64,000 nucleotides of DNA. Origin: Kondoa subrosea. Its lineage: Eukaryota. Numbering within the stretch: position 1 is the stretch's first letter; each line of letters begins with the position of its first letter. The translations under genes and the position numbers were made by a program. Below the pieces are notes generated by a model that was not told the DNA's origin, searched no databases, and saw nothing but the letters and a program-made list of their open reading frames with translations. The stretch covers positions 2,489,060 to 2,553,059 of the forward strand of contig BCIN01000003.1 of the NCBI GenBank assembly GCA_039545335.1, in the 5' to 3' direction. Below, piece after piece: positions 35,870 to 49,740 of this stretch.

Positions 35870-37937
35870 ATGCTGTTGCTCTCAATCTGGCTGGTTGCTC
35901 TTTTGCCCATTTGTTCAGCAGTCTGGCCACAGCCTCAGGAGTACAACAATGGCTCTCAATACCTGCAGCTGTCCGAATTCTCCATCTCTTCTGCAGCAGA
36001 ACTGCACGGGTTGCCCGACATGCAAGCTGCAATTACATGGACCCTCACGACTGTGCTGTCCGAGCATCATCAGCGAGTCATGGTAGGTAGAGGCGAGACG
36101 GATCGCCAAGCAGTAACAGAGGCTGCTATTCTACGCAATCTCCATCTCTCGTTGGATTGTTGCTGTAGGGTCCTCGAAATCAGCGATATCAGTTACGATG
36201 CTACCAGACCACTAGAAGATAGGGACGAAAGCTATCATCTGCTAGTAGAGGAACACGGAGCGATTCTTACGGCATGCTCAGCATTGGGGCTGCTAAGAGG
36301 GTTGCAAACGTTTGTTCAGCTCGTGTATACTCTACCTTCAAAGAACCATCAGAGGATCAAGTACATTGTTGATGTGCCTATAGATATCAAGGTAAGTCAA
36401 GGAAACCAGGCATACGAATCGTCTCACATCCATCGGTAGGACAAAGCAGCTTACCCTTGGAGAGGTATCCTTCTGGATACAGCAAGAAATTATTATCCTA
36501 TTCCTGCTCTCAAGAATATGATCGATACTGCAAGTGCTTACAAGTTCTCTCAATTTCACTGGCACATAACTGATTCGAATGTATGTGAGAGGTATGCTGC
36601 GAATGCAAAACCAGCTGACTTTGTGCTAGGCCTGGCCCCTAGAGACGAAGATCCATTCGAAGCTGTACGTATCTCTACTCTCTGTAGACTGTAAGACCGC
36701 GTCTCAACAATGTCAAGACAGTGCACAAATGGGTTCTTCAGCCGGCCAACGATACTCGATACTCGATGTACAAAGCCTAACGGCTTATGCCAATGCTAGA
36801 GGAATAGATGGGATGCTAGAGATAGACACCCCTGTACATTTCCTGCATTTCCCGCTGACCCCTTGCTGAAACTTTGACAGGGCCATACAAACAGTATAGC
36901 AAACAGCTACCCTGGTGTTGTTTCCTGTAGTGAAGCAAGTCCTTGGGTCCAGTACGCGAATCAACCACCTGCAGGACAGCTCAATTTCGCGCAACCAGAA
37001 GCTCTCGAGCTCATCAAAGACATTTTCGAGGAAGTGACCAGCTCGATTACCAATAGTCCATATTTCAGCACTGGTGGTGACGAAATCAATGTGCGTAGTC
37101 GTCAATTGCCAATATGTAATGAATTGATGATCGAGCAGAAAAACTGCTACACATCAGATCCAGAATTCGTCAAGGCACTAAAAGACTCTGGTAAGACGTA
37201 CGAAGAAGCTTTGACAGATTTTGTGCAAGCGACGCATCAAGTTGTTCGCGCGAATCACAAGATACCTTTGGCCTGGGAAGAATTAATTCTGAATCATGAT
37301 GTTGGATTGGAAGGTACAGATACGCTGGTAAGCACTCCTAATGGGTCTCGTACTTGATTGAAGTGTTTCTATCTAGGTCGCTGTCTGGACTTCAAGTGAT
37401 CAAGTGAAAGCGGTCGCTGAAAAGGGCATGCGGATAGTACATGCTGCAAGTGACTACTTCTGTGAGCCGTATACATGTCACTTGTCATTATAGCTGATTC
37501 GCAGCCAGACCTTGATTGTGGCAGAGGAAGTTGGATGGACACGACAGCCGAAAGCTGGTGCAAATATAACAGCTGGCAACGCATGTATTCCTTCGATCCA
37601 CTTCAAGATCTTGATAAGAAGCAATCACAACTGGTCGTGGGCGGCCAAGTCTTGCTCTGGAGTGAGCAAGCTGACGAAACGAATTTGGAGGCTTTACTGT
37701 GGCCGAGGAGTTTAGCGGCAGTTGAAGTCTACTGGTCTGGCAAGAACAAGGCTAGTAAGCTCTCAGATGCTCTGCTGCGCTTGAACGATGCGCGTTATCG
37801 TATGAAGGTTGGTCATTCGAGAACCGCTTTGAAATGTCTGACATTCATCACAGACTCGAGGAGTTCAGGCTACACCTTTGCAGCCAGAATGGTGTGCTCT
37901 TCGCGGACCAGGGGCTTGTAATGCGGCGAAAGGATGA
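35870..37937 (+). CDS. Secreted beta-N-acetylhexosaminidase (GH20)
   Basis: Signal peptide plus VWPQP; DESYHL; LRGLQTFVQL; YPWRGILLDTARNYY; FHWHITDS; EIDTPGHT; FSTGGDEIN; LWSEQAD..LWPR; PLQPEWC. Confidence 0.93.
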
Positions 37938-38096
37938 GATTCGTCATGCTGTGCTTGGCTGGTTCTAATCATTGACTTGCAATGTTTTCACTCAACAGTC
38001 ATCTCATTATATCTGAAGTGTTTCCGAGTGATATCCGACTTGCTTATTCGCTAGCGCTTGTAGACACTTGTTCAGAATTCCATCCGAAGGCACGTC

Positions 38097-39686
38097 ATGC
38101 CAGCTACTGCACCTCTCAAGCACACTATATCAGAGGAGCGTATTACTGTTGCATTTCACATATTAGCAAGAGATGCTCTGCAGAAAGCTATTGGTGAAGG
38201 ATTGTTAGAGGCGGAGGAAATAGCTCGAATGCAAGAAAGTGAATTGCAAGCAATAGGGCCTTCCTTGGTGCTGTTCTTCTGTTCGCTACAATCCGACGAT
38301 GGTCATCACCCCTCGATAACTATACCCTCTGATCCTCCAGCTATTCTTTCAGTCCAAACTTGTCCGCCGACTTTCAAAAATTTGTTTCGTCTCTGGGCCC
38401 AAGCTACCGTGAAGCTGAAGAGACTGCCACCCGAGTATCAACATGATATCGCACGTCTCTGCTGCGATCTTTCGCCTATAGCGCAACCAATTCGACAAGA
38501 TGTGTTAGCTCTCGGCGCGGACTATAGGGCTGTCGCGCTCGAAATTAGTCAGAGACGAAGGTAAGCTGGGATTCTATCGATTTAATTTCGGTCTGATGTG
38601 ATTCTGACAGCTTTCTTGAGCGATATCAAGCAGACCTGCAAGCGGTCCTAGATAGCGATGCTTCGTCCAGCAAATCAGGGAGCCTAACTGCACATTTCGT
38701 ACCTCCTCCAATATGTATGTGAGCTATTAGACAATAGAAACACCCTGATTTCGTATCAGACGAAGGAGCTTCTACATCACACTCAGCTCCCGATCATCCA
38801 CCGCCTGGTCGCAGACCATTACCAATACCTGGTTCTTCGTCATCTGGCTCATCTTCGTCAACTTCTCAACAAATAGAGGAACCGCCGGAAATGTTACTCA
38901 TACGAGAAACTTTATATGCTGCTCTAGCAGATGTGATCGCTTCGAGTCAGTGCCTATTCAACAAAGAACTTACGAGCATCACTGATCTCTGCCTTCAGCT
39001 CCTTCAATCGCTCCTATACTTTCGTCAGATCCATCTCGGGCCTACTTCGCGTGTGTTGGGCTTGCGGTACTCTCCGTGGCTCTATCAGGCAGTAAGTGTG
39101 CATCAGCTGTATTGATACTCTTTCTCATTGTATTTTTAGGGACGACAGATGGTCATGCTATCAGAGTGGTCGATGTCGGGTTGTTGGTCCACGAATCACT
39201 TCAAGAGAAGCGTTCTTTAGCACCTGAAGAAGTCCCGCTTGTTATGCGACCTATAATAGCTGAATTAGTGTCCATCGGCCACGCTGCTGAAGCATTTGGG
39301 GAAGAGGATGATCAAAGAGCTAGTGAGTCGCTGTTCCCTAAAGAGGGATGCGCAGTGCTGAGGTGAACCAAAAGTGGAAGCTGCTGCAAACGATAATTTT
39401 GATGTACTCAGCCAACCCACTAGGATGGAACGTCTTCGTTGGGATCTGGAAAGAGGAACAGGTTGGGATTCGCAGGCAATAGAAGATGGTCAAAGAAGTC
39501 CATCTCCCTCTAATTCTGTTCGAGGCTTGGCCAACAGGATCAATCGCTTAGCTCTAGCAGGTGGGTCTACTTCCTGTACATCTGATCGCTGGTCTGATTT
39601 GGGTTGCTGCAGTGACTTCTCTTCCGAGCTTTCAATCGAGGAGCAGTTCCGTCTTCCAAATCTTAGCTAGTTTCGCGTCACACTAA
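38097..39686 (+). CDS. Conserved hypothetical fungal protein
   Basis: Spliced ORF chain: GPSLVLFFCSL, QHDIARLCCDL, YRAVALEISQRRSFL, LIRETLYAALADVI, ANRINRLALAVTSLPSF. Confidence 0.7.
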
Positions 39687-39814
39687 CAAATGCACTGTAT
39701 CTATCTCGCATCTGCCTGTAATACTGTACTAAGTTGTAGCCGTTCCGGGCCTTTGTGATAAAGGCTTCCCCAAATTTCACGTGCGAATCTTGCTTCTTGA
39801 CATCCAACATCAAA

Positions 39815-40603
39815 ATGCCTCTAGCTGATTCTGGTAGGGCGCAACGCAATATAATCAAGCACTGTGACTGATCGGCCTGGATAGATATCCCTTCTACTAA
39901 AGCTTTCGATGACATCGCTTCAGGTCTGGCTGCGTTCGTTTTTGTGCTCCTTCTAGAACAGCATGATGCTCAATTACATCTGGCAGACTGAGCGCAGACG
40001 AGCGCAAGAAGCAATGCGAAGCAACCAATGGTAATCTACAGCTCTTCTGCTCTCGCTTCTTCCTCGAGCTGATGTCTCATTCAAGCTGTCTTCGTACTCA
40101 AGATCAAGAAGGGCGACAAGGAAGCCGCCTATACTATCGGTAAGTATACCCACGGTTGCCCTGTACTTCCGCTTGAACCGTTGTTATGACAGACATGAAG
40201 AACACTGGCGAAGTCAAGCAAGGAGCAGCAAAGAAAGCTGATGCTACCATCTCTATGGATGATTCGACCTTTGCTGGACTAGTCGAGTAAGCCTTTGTTT
40301 GCTTCGTTACTCGAACGGAGTCTGACTGTTATATACAGCGGAAGCGGTTCCGCCCAGAAAGCGTGCGTATACCAAGCTAGGAGTGAGACAATGCTTATGC
40401 ACAGAAATAGCTTCATGACTGGTGGTCTGAAGATCAAAGGCAGCGTGAGTCACCATACAGATAGTAGTTCCAGCTGATCATAGTGTATCCGCAGATTGTC
40501 GTTGCTACGAAGGTACAGTATGTCTCTGTGTCTACGAGCCATACACTTACGACACCGGTAACAGCTCGATTCGGTGCTCAAACAAGCTAGAAGCAAGCTC
40601 TAA
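39815..40603 (+). CDS. Peroxisomal SCP2 sterol/lipid-transfer protein
   Basis: About 9 short exons: AVFVLKIK..YTIDMK..KADATISMDDSTF..AQKAFMTGGLKIKGS..ATKLDSVL; ends in SKL (PTS1). Confidence 0.9.
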
Positions 40604-40670
40604 ATCTGCTGTCACAAGGGATTCATGGAATTGTATATATGCTTTGGAATATCGTTTACATCTTTACCAT

Positions 40671-42955
40671 TTAGTCAATGCCCAGCAGTTGCGCCTCCCT
40701 TAGCTCGCTCATCAACTTCTTGGCTTCATCTTTCTCCTAATGAAAGAGATCAGGCATAATTGAGACGGTCTGCCCATGAGACTCACATCCAGTGTACTTC
40801 CGGAGTTAATCAGGATAGACAGATATCGCTCAGCCATGACCAAATCACCCGTTTTGCGTCCTTCTTCATCTTTGAGGTTGATTTCATACTGCGCTAGCGA
40901 AATATAGTTTCTCGCATACTCTTTCAAAGGTAAGCCTTCTTTAACAGCTGCATCGATAGCTGTACGTTGATAAGCTGCAGCTTGAGCGTAGAAACCTTGA
41001 CGTTCGCACAAAGCGCAGAGCTTGGCGTAAAGTGGCATTTCTCCAGGTTCGGCGGAAAGAAGAGCTCGCTTATAGGCTTTCGTTGATTCTGCAAGACTGA
41101 AATGGACATGAGCGAGCGAATTCCTTACGCCGGGATTCTGTTACTTACTAGCCTAGCTTGTCATAACAGCTGCCTAACGCGGCCCACATTCTGCTGTCGT
41201 AAGGGCTACAGGATGAATGCAAATGAGCCTCAAAGAAGCCAGTTAAAGGAAAAAATCTTACCGCAGTGCTGTCGCTTTCTGATAGTAGTTGAGGGCATAG
41301 AAATGCATCTCAAGAAGTTCATAGGTTTGCCCAAGACCATACCAAGCTCGATAGTCTTTTCTGCTCACATCTGGATGACTAAGATCAGGTACCGTATTTA
41401 TAGTAAGATGTAGTTGAACCTACCGACAGCTCGTCGATACGCTTCAACAGCAGCATGCGTGTTCTTCATCTCGACATATTCGTGCCCCATTAACGTCCAA
41501 GCCGACAAATATCCTCTATCCAACCTCAACGCTCTTCTGAAATAGACGACCGCCTTCTCATGATCTCCTCTAAGAGAATAATAATTTCCAACCAAACAAC
41601 AAGTTTCAGGTCTGAATCGATCCAATTGAGTATATTTTTGTGCCATTTGAGAAAGTTTCGCTCTTTTTTCCATGACATACAAAATGTTGGAATAAGTATC
41701 AATGTCGTCTATTCTGAAAGGGTCGGTTTCGAAAATTTCATCAAACAATTTTTCAGAATCGTCAAATTCTCGCAAGTGATAGCTTATAAGAGCTTGTTGA
41801 GATTTAAGATGAAGACTTTTAGGGAAATAATGTAAGAGATCTAGCACCCGAGTTTGTAGCGCATCGGTTGCAGAATGGATTTCGAGGACTGCATGAACGC
41901 TGAAGATTGCTGACATGAATGAATTAGGTAGTCGACTATCCAGTGCGGTAAGCTGTCGTTTCGACTTGAGTATTGGAATGATGCGAGCTTAGAATGGCAA
42001 GCACCTCATCTCCTCGATCGATCAACGCAGCGATCTTCAGCCAACAACTCCAATTATACGGGTAGGCTGCTCCCGACTGGACTAGTACATCGATGGCTGC
42101 CAGCCGTTTGCCGAGCTTGTCCAGTACCAACCCTTTCCTGCGAGTGTCATCAGCTCTTGGATATATTGCATTCATGCGGTCGTGCTGCGTACAAGTACAA
42201 TAAGAAGGGATCCGAGACGTCCTTCAGCTCCACCAGTAAAGGTAGAATCTCTTTATTCTGGCGGCGTTGCTTGTCTTTCGGTCCTACGCTAATTGTATAA
42301 ACAGCAGCAGCGTGGTGCAGATTGCGGCGGACTTACCTAACATCTGACCGCTCTCTTCCTGAACTCTTCGCTCTCCCGCCTGTCAAATACATAGATGACT
42401 TGAGCTGGAATTGCGTACAAGCACATGGAAATCGCTCACCAAATAGCGAGCATACAACCCTAAGAATCTAGCTTTGTTACTCTTGCAGTCTTTGAGTACT
42501 TTAGAAGCTCGATCAAGCTCCTTATTGTCATAATACGCCTTGCCCAGATTATATAGATCAGCTTCTTGCGCTTCGAATGGGTCCACAGCCAGTTTTGATG
42601 TACTAGCTTTAGGTTGCTGTTGCCGAGGAGAGAAAGCGAAAGAAGACATATCGGCTGCAGTAGGAGAACTAGGACCTGCTATAGAAATGTTTGGCGGTAA
42701 ACCAGGTAATGAAGGTCTTGGTCTGTTTGGTGTTGATGTACGAATACCCTCGTTTGCATTCGACGACGATGAGGATGCTAGAGCAGGATCACTAGCAGGC
42801 ACAGCTTGGAGTAATTCAGCAGCCCATCTCGAGGCCATAATCAATCCTCGGTCTTGTAGATCTTTGCAAGCTTGACGCAGAACAGCACGCGCTTCATTAG
42901 GGGCCGCGTCTGGAGCCTCAAGCGGGCTGCTTGTGATTTGCGAATCGTGCATCAT
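40671..42955 (-). CDS. CDC23: Anaphase-promoting complex subunit 8 (Cdc23)
   Basis: [28 protein letters not shown] block [55 protein letters not shown]. Confidence 0.95.
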
Positions 42956-43115
42956 CTTGAGCCAATAGACAAGAGTCGCTCGAATACAAACAAGAAACGA
43001 TAAATTACAATAAACGAAACTGAACACTGAAATGATGCTATGTAAGATGCTTTTGCGTGTACAAATAAGAATAAGGCGATGCCAATTGCGAATGCTGCGA
43101 TGAGACCAAATATTT

Positions 43116-45324
43116 CTAGCGCTTCTGGTAGAGGAGGATGTAAGGGTTGGCAGCCAAGACATAGGAAAGCGAGCTTGTAAGTACGGTAGTATCGTTGTTA
43201 TATGTCCACTGCACAACAATCAGCAAGCTCATATCTATAAGGCAACAAACTGCTTACCTCGTTTCCTGACCTAACGAAACTGGTGTAGTGGCCTGTATGG
43301 ATCTATGTATTCTGTCAGCTGAATATCGCTAAAGGAACTATGCCCCCACTTCGCCTTCATGTACTACCACACCAAATAGATCGTACATGTGCCTAGAACA
43401 GATGGTGAGCATCAGACAACGGTGAGGAGACAATATGCCTACGAGTCCTTGCCAGAAGCGTGAACGAACTCGCTCATGTCCAATGTCAGAGGAAATTTGA
43501 CGCGTTTCTCTACTTTCCGGAGACTGCCATCCATACTTTGTTCGAAGCGCTGCATACATATAGGTACATGAGAACTGTTAAGATGATAAAAAAGATGACA
43601 GTACCTTTAATGCGACGCATAGAACACGCGGAGAGGTGTCTAGCCTCAACTGCTTGCTTGCCTAGACAAAGAAAGTTTACTCTCATCCTCAAAATAATGC
43701 AGGACAATCGCGCACAGAAGCATTAGCTGCGCCACAAGAGCAAGAATATTGCTTCAACTGTTCCTTTTTAGTATATCTGCGCTCAAATCCGATCAGACCT
43801 TGAGAACCCCAATGGCGTTATCGGAAGTACTCACATCCTAAGACAATTCTGCAAAGTTGTGGGTTTCTCCGAAGCAACAGAAGAAGATAAGTTGAGCGTA
43901 ATCTCCATGAACGGATCATGAGCGATAGTTGATTTCCCGCATGCGTTGCATTTAACTTCAGATCGAAGTTGAGCTGCGAATGTTTGGTGGATGATGCATG
44001 AACAGGAATCTTCGGAAGAGGAAAGAGGTGAGGTAGAGTGTATCTGAGTGAGAAGGGAAACGAGGAATTCATGACCTGTTTAAACCAGATCAGCAGGACT
44101 TTAACGACCAAGTTGCGGGAACAAACTGTCTTGTTGACCCTGTGCGCATCTATGAGCATTTTCCACGACTGAGTACAGGCGACTTACATGTCTGGCCAGT
44201 TCTGTCCCCTCTGTAGATCTCCAGAAAGAATATAGAAAAGATTCTAGAGCAAAAGAAGCAGCAGCGGCATCTGCTTGATAGAACTGCAGCAGGATATCAG
44301 CTTCAAGCATACTGCACCAGACATACGGCATACAGTCCGAAAAAGGAGATCCATCTCGCAAGATATACAGCAATTCCGGCCCTCTGCATCGGGCTTTCCA
44401 TCACATCCAGGTGAGTGATTGTGTCTGCGGACAGACAGTCAGTCAATACTATTTCAGACCGAGATCAAGAACTCACTTGTCTGCTAGATAGTAGTCTCGC
44501 AGTGATCGAACCCGTAAAAGACATTGGAGTATAACACTAAGATACTGCGAAATGGCAGTCCTCAGAGTTTGAAGGAACGAGCAAGAGTCGAATACATACA
44601 CAAGTAGCTCCAAGATTGAGTATACCAGTAGGATCTGAATTCCAAAGCATTAGCCCATTCTCCCGACTGTAGAGTCAATTCGAACCAACATATATGTGAA
44701 GGTTTAGTTCTGGACTGTTTCTCGCGTCTTTGTAAAGAGAGAACCACTTCCTCTGCATTGTGAGACAAAACATCATCACAAGCAGCGCAAAAGATGTCCA
44801 AAGTTTTGATATCGAGGTATAGAAAGTGGTTGTGCTTGCGGGAATGCGACTGTTGCGCGTGTTGAATACCGCAGAAAGATTGTTTGCAGTCTTTGGCAAG
44901 ACATATATTTGGTCGTAAAAGAGGTGAACGACATTCAGTGCATTGCTGCTCATCGAGCTGAAACATGGTTTCAGCTTGTTTGGCTAACGGGAAGGAAGTA
45001 GACACTCACTTTGCGTCTTTTGGTAGGTGGACTCAGTGCATCCTGCTTGAGCTGCTTGTTCCAGTATCGAGCGGTGACGAAGAGTCGGGCGAAATCATCT
45101 AGTGAGAAGGTAGCATGCTTGCAAAGACCGGGCAACGCTTTTGAAGACGGTGGAAGGATAGTTTGAGCTACTTTCTGCTGGACTACGGAGCGCTGGGCTG
45201 CTGGCAGCTGAACTGACGGAGGTCTTGCACTCGAAACATTTGCTTCCGAAGCTCGAGATTGAAACCGAGGTACGCCTACGCCATGCTGTTGCGGGTAAGG
45301 TGAGGCTACAAGAGTGACTGACAT
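43116..45324 (-). CDS. UBP8: Ubiquitin-specific protease with zf-UBP (Ubp8/USP22-like)
   Basis: zf-UBP (CTEC..C..C..H..H..CAAC); Cys box GILNLGATC|YLSVILQ; QQDSHEFL; His box YDLFGVVVHEGEIHTGHYTSF; ends PYILLYQKR*. Confidence 0.8.
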
Positions 45325-45655
45325 AGGGAAGAGCCGATCTCAGATCATTGAGGTTTGAGAGGAAAATCAACGACACTACGGGCAAACGGTTCGCGGTCGA
45401 GTGGAATCCATCAGGCGCCATCCCTTCGCCGCTTCAGAGCGAGTGTATGCGTTCGTTCACGAGGAGACTGCTTTACAAAGCGTACAACTTGCCAAAGAAA
45501 CGACCCACAAGTTCGCTATACACGTTCACCATTTATTCCCCATCCATTCCATACCTGATGGATAGGGCGCGCACTTCTTACAACAGCAAACACATGAGTA
45601 ACCTGTTCTAGACAGATCAGCACATGCGAATGACAAAGCTACATGAGCATACCAT

Positions 45656-46807
45656 TCAATAAACCCAATCATCATTGCTTGGACCGCCAGTGAGCATACG
45701 GGCTTCTGACAACTTTATCTCTTGATCATCATCTTCCGCAAGCCCGAGATCAGCTAGATCGTCTGCTATTGCAGTAATGGGCACCGTAGGCGGTGCTGAG
45801 TAGCTTTTAGGCATACGATTCTTGAGCGGAGAAGCGTTGTCGTTCGGCAAATACAGAAGAGCGCTGGCGGACTGATCTTGTCTTTGCTCTTCGTCGATTG
45901 GCGCATACAGCTGCAGTCGCATTGGGCTGCGAAAGCGTTTACGATTGATAGGGTCTTTAGGGTCGAAAGGTGGTAGATGAGACAGATCAGTAAGGTATGG
46001 ATAGGGGAGAGGTGTGTATGCTGCATCAAGGGAATGGCCAGCATGTATTTCGTCTGTCGCAAGCGTCAATGGAAGCGTTTCACATGATAAAGATGACTTA
46101 CTCAAGATATGAAACACATTCGTTCGTAAATCCAATCCGAGCACTACTTGAACTTTTCCCATATCCGTTGGCCCTGACGAATGGAATACGCAAAGAAGCA
46201 TGTAGCCAAAAATAATTCTTTCAGCGACATATCCCCCTTCGCCGTGTTTCTTGTTCCTATCCAAGAATGTATCATCCAGATCTCGAGACATCGGCGCCAG
46301 GTTCTGCATCTTACGCGAAGGCGGTGACCGTCGAAAGCCATGAAAGAACTGCTGAGCGGCATGCAAGAATTCATGATGCAAGGTGTGTACGAAAATAAGC
46401 TGTGAAGTGGATTCAGAAGTGCGTTGCAGCTTCGACTGCTCCATGAATTCAATAAGAGAGTAGTCGATTTCGATTAAGGGTCGAGTGCCAGCTAAAGTTC
46501 TGCTGGTACGGCCATAGGCGAATGCTTCGCTCGCTGGCGAGTTCATCCGGGTAAGGCGAATGGTAGGGAAGAAGCTCTCCACGAAATGGGTCAAGCGGAT
46601 CTTCTCCGCTGGCCAGCGCTCGTCTTCCAATGACATAGGCCGTTCAAGACCCATCGATGCAATGCTTAATATTGCGAGCAGAGCGTCAGAGGAGAGAAAA
46701 TTGCTTTGGAAGTTTGCCAATACATGTTGTGTTTCGTGCAAAGGTGTAAGATGGGCGAGGAGGGAGTTCACGCGGCTAAAAACGATTTCGATTGTCGAGG
46801 GTTTCAT
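45656..46807 (-). CDS. Hypothetical protein with HEXXH zincin-like motif
   Basis: Long ORF (first ATG 46807, one likely in-frame intron near 46060-46100) containing HTLHHEFLHAA and downstream GEGGYVAE. Confidence 0.65.
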   Translation of the reverse strand: MKPSTIEIVFSRVNSLLAHLTPLHETQHVLANFQSNFLSSDALLAILSIASMGLERPMSLEDERWPAEKIRLTHFVESFFPTIRLTRMNSPASEAFAYGRTSRTLAGTRPLIEIDYSLIEFMEQSKLQRTSESTSQLIFVHTLHHEFLHAAQQFFHGFRRSPPSRKMQNLAPMSRDLDDTFLDRNKKHGEGGYVAERIIFGYMLLCVFHSSGPTDMGKVQVVLGLDLRTNVFHILSKSSLSCETLPLTLATDEIHAGHSLDAAYTPLPYPYLTDLSHLPPFDPKDPINRKRFRSPMRLQLYAPIDEEQRQDQSASALLYLPNDNASPLKNRMPKSYSAPPTVPITAIADDLADLGLAEDDDQEIKLSEARMLTGGPSNDDWVY

Positions 46808-47290
46808 TCGAGCAGGATTCAAAGTTATTCTGGTATTTGCTTTGATTGCACGACGTGGGGATGACGAAGACCAGAGAGGATCGTGTGAGTATACTTTAGT
46901 TCTGGTTATCCACACTGGATGTTGGTTCAAGGACAAAGGGCGCGACTTGCGAAGACTGACTTGATAGTTCGGACGATTTTCTAATATAGGCTGCGCAGCA
47001 TACGGCAGATGGAACGTGGGTAAGACTAGAAGAGAACTAAAAAGAATTTGCAACAACAGCCAAGACTCTCTTTCTCAGTTACAAAGGGGCTATTAGGTTT
47101 ATGATATGTATGAGTTTTTTTTCGGCTTGGCTTGGTAAAGAAGTGTCCAACATCGATGTCCCATAATGCGCAATGAAGCAGCCGATTAAGCTGTAGACAA
47201 TTCAATATAATCAGCATCGGGATCAACAACATTAGACAGAAGGCAGCCCACAGGAAGGGCGAAGAGTAGAAGAGATGAGAGGTCGAGTGC

Positions 47291-49740
47291 TTAGAACTCT
47301 TCCTTGAAGCGAGTTGCTGAAGAAAGAAAAAGCAAGGAATGGGATAAAGGAAAAGCAAGACACAAGACTGCAAACTAGACTAACCTGAGCTATCACCTTG
47401 AGGCTTCTCGTCAGCTACACCAATGTGATCAAGCTTGTCTGCTTCTTTGTCAGCTGGAGTTGGTTCAGATGATCCAGAAGCGTTGGGTCCGGAAGCATCA
47501 TTGGACTTCTTCTCGGTAGCATAGCCGTTCTCGCCGACTTTGACGCTAGAATCGGGCGCAGGTGCAGAGTAGCCAGGTGCGGCTTCATCTTCACCACGAG
47601 TGCTGCCACCGTGAATCAGAGAAGAAGGAGTCTTGATTGCAGGAGCGAGGTGAAGTGAGCCGTTGGTAGAACCAGCACGTTGAGATTGAGCAGTGTGCGT
47701 AGACTGAGCAGTGTGGTGAGATTGAGCAGTGTGGTGCGATCTCTGTTCAGCTTCTTCCTCTTCTTCCTCCTCTTCATCTTCTTCTGTATTATATCATCAG
47801 AAAGAATTCATTGAAGTCAGGAAAGTACAATTTACCTTCTTCAGACTCTTCTTCGACTGAGCTTCCTCCTTCTTCCTCTTCCTCATCTTCTGAGAGATAA
47901 CCAGCTGAACGAACAGCAGCTGGAACAGGTCCAGATCGATCCATGGGTTCGGAAGTGGTGACTAGAGGCAAAGTGTGAGTCGCAATTTCGCGACTAAAAA
48001 TACAAGGAAATGCTCACGGTAAACCTTGGAAAGCTGCTTAGCATCGTTCCACCATTCCATCATGTCTTCGTAGTTTCTAGCACGGAAGGAGAAGGCTGAA
48101 GAACCACCACCAGTCAATTTGCCAAGGCCACCGCTGCCAGCGTTAGGGTTTCCTTTGCGACCTTCGACGTGGAACTTGTAAGAGCTGGAGTGAATGGTAG
48201 ATGGAGCGCCAAGAGTGCATTCAGGCAAGAAGAGAGACAAGCGGGGTTCGGGGTGCTTGAAACCATCCGATGACCTACAAAACCCCGTTCAGGAAAGATC
48301 ACTACATATGTGACAAAGACACTTACTGAAGCTCGTGTAAGTAACCAGCAGGAGTCAAGACGTAGTAACCTTCGGTGTAGCTCTTGGTGAAGCGCTTCTT
48401 GCGTTCGAGCATACCTTCGTGAACAGGCAAGACTGATGGATCGTCTTTGCCAGGGTAGTTGATGTGATCGATGTTTCGCAGAGGAGTTTCTGGGTCGAGC
48501 AAGTGATCGGAGCGAGCAGCGAAAGCGAGCCATTCGGTGTTTGGCTGGACGGACTTCATCAAGACACCCATTGTTGCCCAAGTATCTTGGACAGAGGTAG
48601 ACATTCTATAGCAATGTTCAATGAGCTAGGTCATGAACGACACGAGAAAGGTCCGTACCTTGAAGACCAGTTGTCGAAAGTCTCCCAAGCGGTCTGAATA
48701 GCGCGAACAACACCTTCTTCGAAATGTTCAGAGTTCTGTTGCATGATGATAATACTCTTTTGAAGAGCGTTCTCTTCTTGAACTTGCTTTTGAAGCTGGC
48801 GGGCGACCAAGCTGTTGGTGTACCAAGGATCTTCCTTGGCGCTGACATGCATGGGAGTGTTCTTGAGCATAGTAATGGAGCGAGCCAAGTCGGTGATTAC
48901 GCGAGTAGAAACTTCACGTTCTTTGGCAACAGACTGAGGTACATTAGTCAGAATGGGTCTTCTAGTCTGAGAAAAAACATTACTCACGACAGCAAGCTTT
49001 CCAGTGTCCATTTGGATGTTTTTGATGTGAGCCTTGATCTCAGTGCGAAGCTTGTGCAAATGTTGAACAATGGACATGTCGACAGTGCGAGCCAAGTTAG
49101 CATGGTGATCAGCAATGTTGCGAGTCTTTTCACGAATGCCAAAGAAGATATCTTGCATACCGCCTGCAAGTAGAGAAAGGAGAAATTGCCTTGTTAGGCT
49201 CTTGTCCTTAAAATGTCTCTAATGCGGAATAAGCTTACCATCGCCCAAGAACTGGTTGCCTGCATGGAAGGGTACTTGAATGACACCTCCGAGCTTGGTG
49301 AGTTCCTTTGAGGTGTTGTTCTCGATATCTGCGATGCCTTCAAAGTAGCTGGTATTGATTGAATCAGCTTTCCAAGCCATTTGCCTTTCTTGAATGCCAG
49401 ACTCACGCAATCAAGTTCTTTGTGATACGTTTCCATGCTTCAAAGCGTTCAATGAGAACATCACTGTAGAACGCGGCATCGCGCAGTTAGGCTCCACCTT
49501 CCCTTTACAATTGTTTTGTTCAGTAAATTTCTAACCTTGGACGGAGTTCAACAGGGCCAGTGTTCTCTGATCAGTACTATATCAGTACTATGCTACACTG
49601 CACGGCAACAGCACTGGGCACTCACTCTTGATCAATTGAGATTGTCTCGTGGCAACTGAACTGCGCCTCGAAGTTCTGGACTGTCCGGCGCTAGTGTGGT
49701 GAGAGGGTGCTCTGTTACTGAGTCTGTCGCTTTCAACCAT
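47291..49740 (-). CDS. Slm1/Slm2-like BAR-PH domain protein
   Basis: SDVLIERFEAWKRITKNLI, YFEGIADIENNTSKELTKLGGVIQVPF; PH: EGMLERKKRFTKSYTEGYYVLTPAGYLHE..SFRARNYEDMMEWW; acidic tail. Confidence 0.85.
47686..47739 (-). repeat. 3 x 18-bp coding tandem repeat (SHHTAQ/SHHTAQ/STHTAQ)
   Basis: Units ttgagcagtgtgcgtaga / ctgagcagtgtggtgaga / ttgagcagtgtggtgcga. Confidence 0.85.

Noticed and set aside
1991..42955. Two APC/C subunit genes (APC10, CDC23) in one window
   Set aside because: They are ~38 kb apart with many unrelated genes between; no evidence of a cluster.
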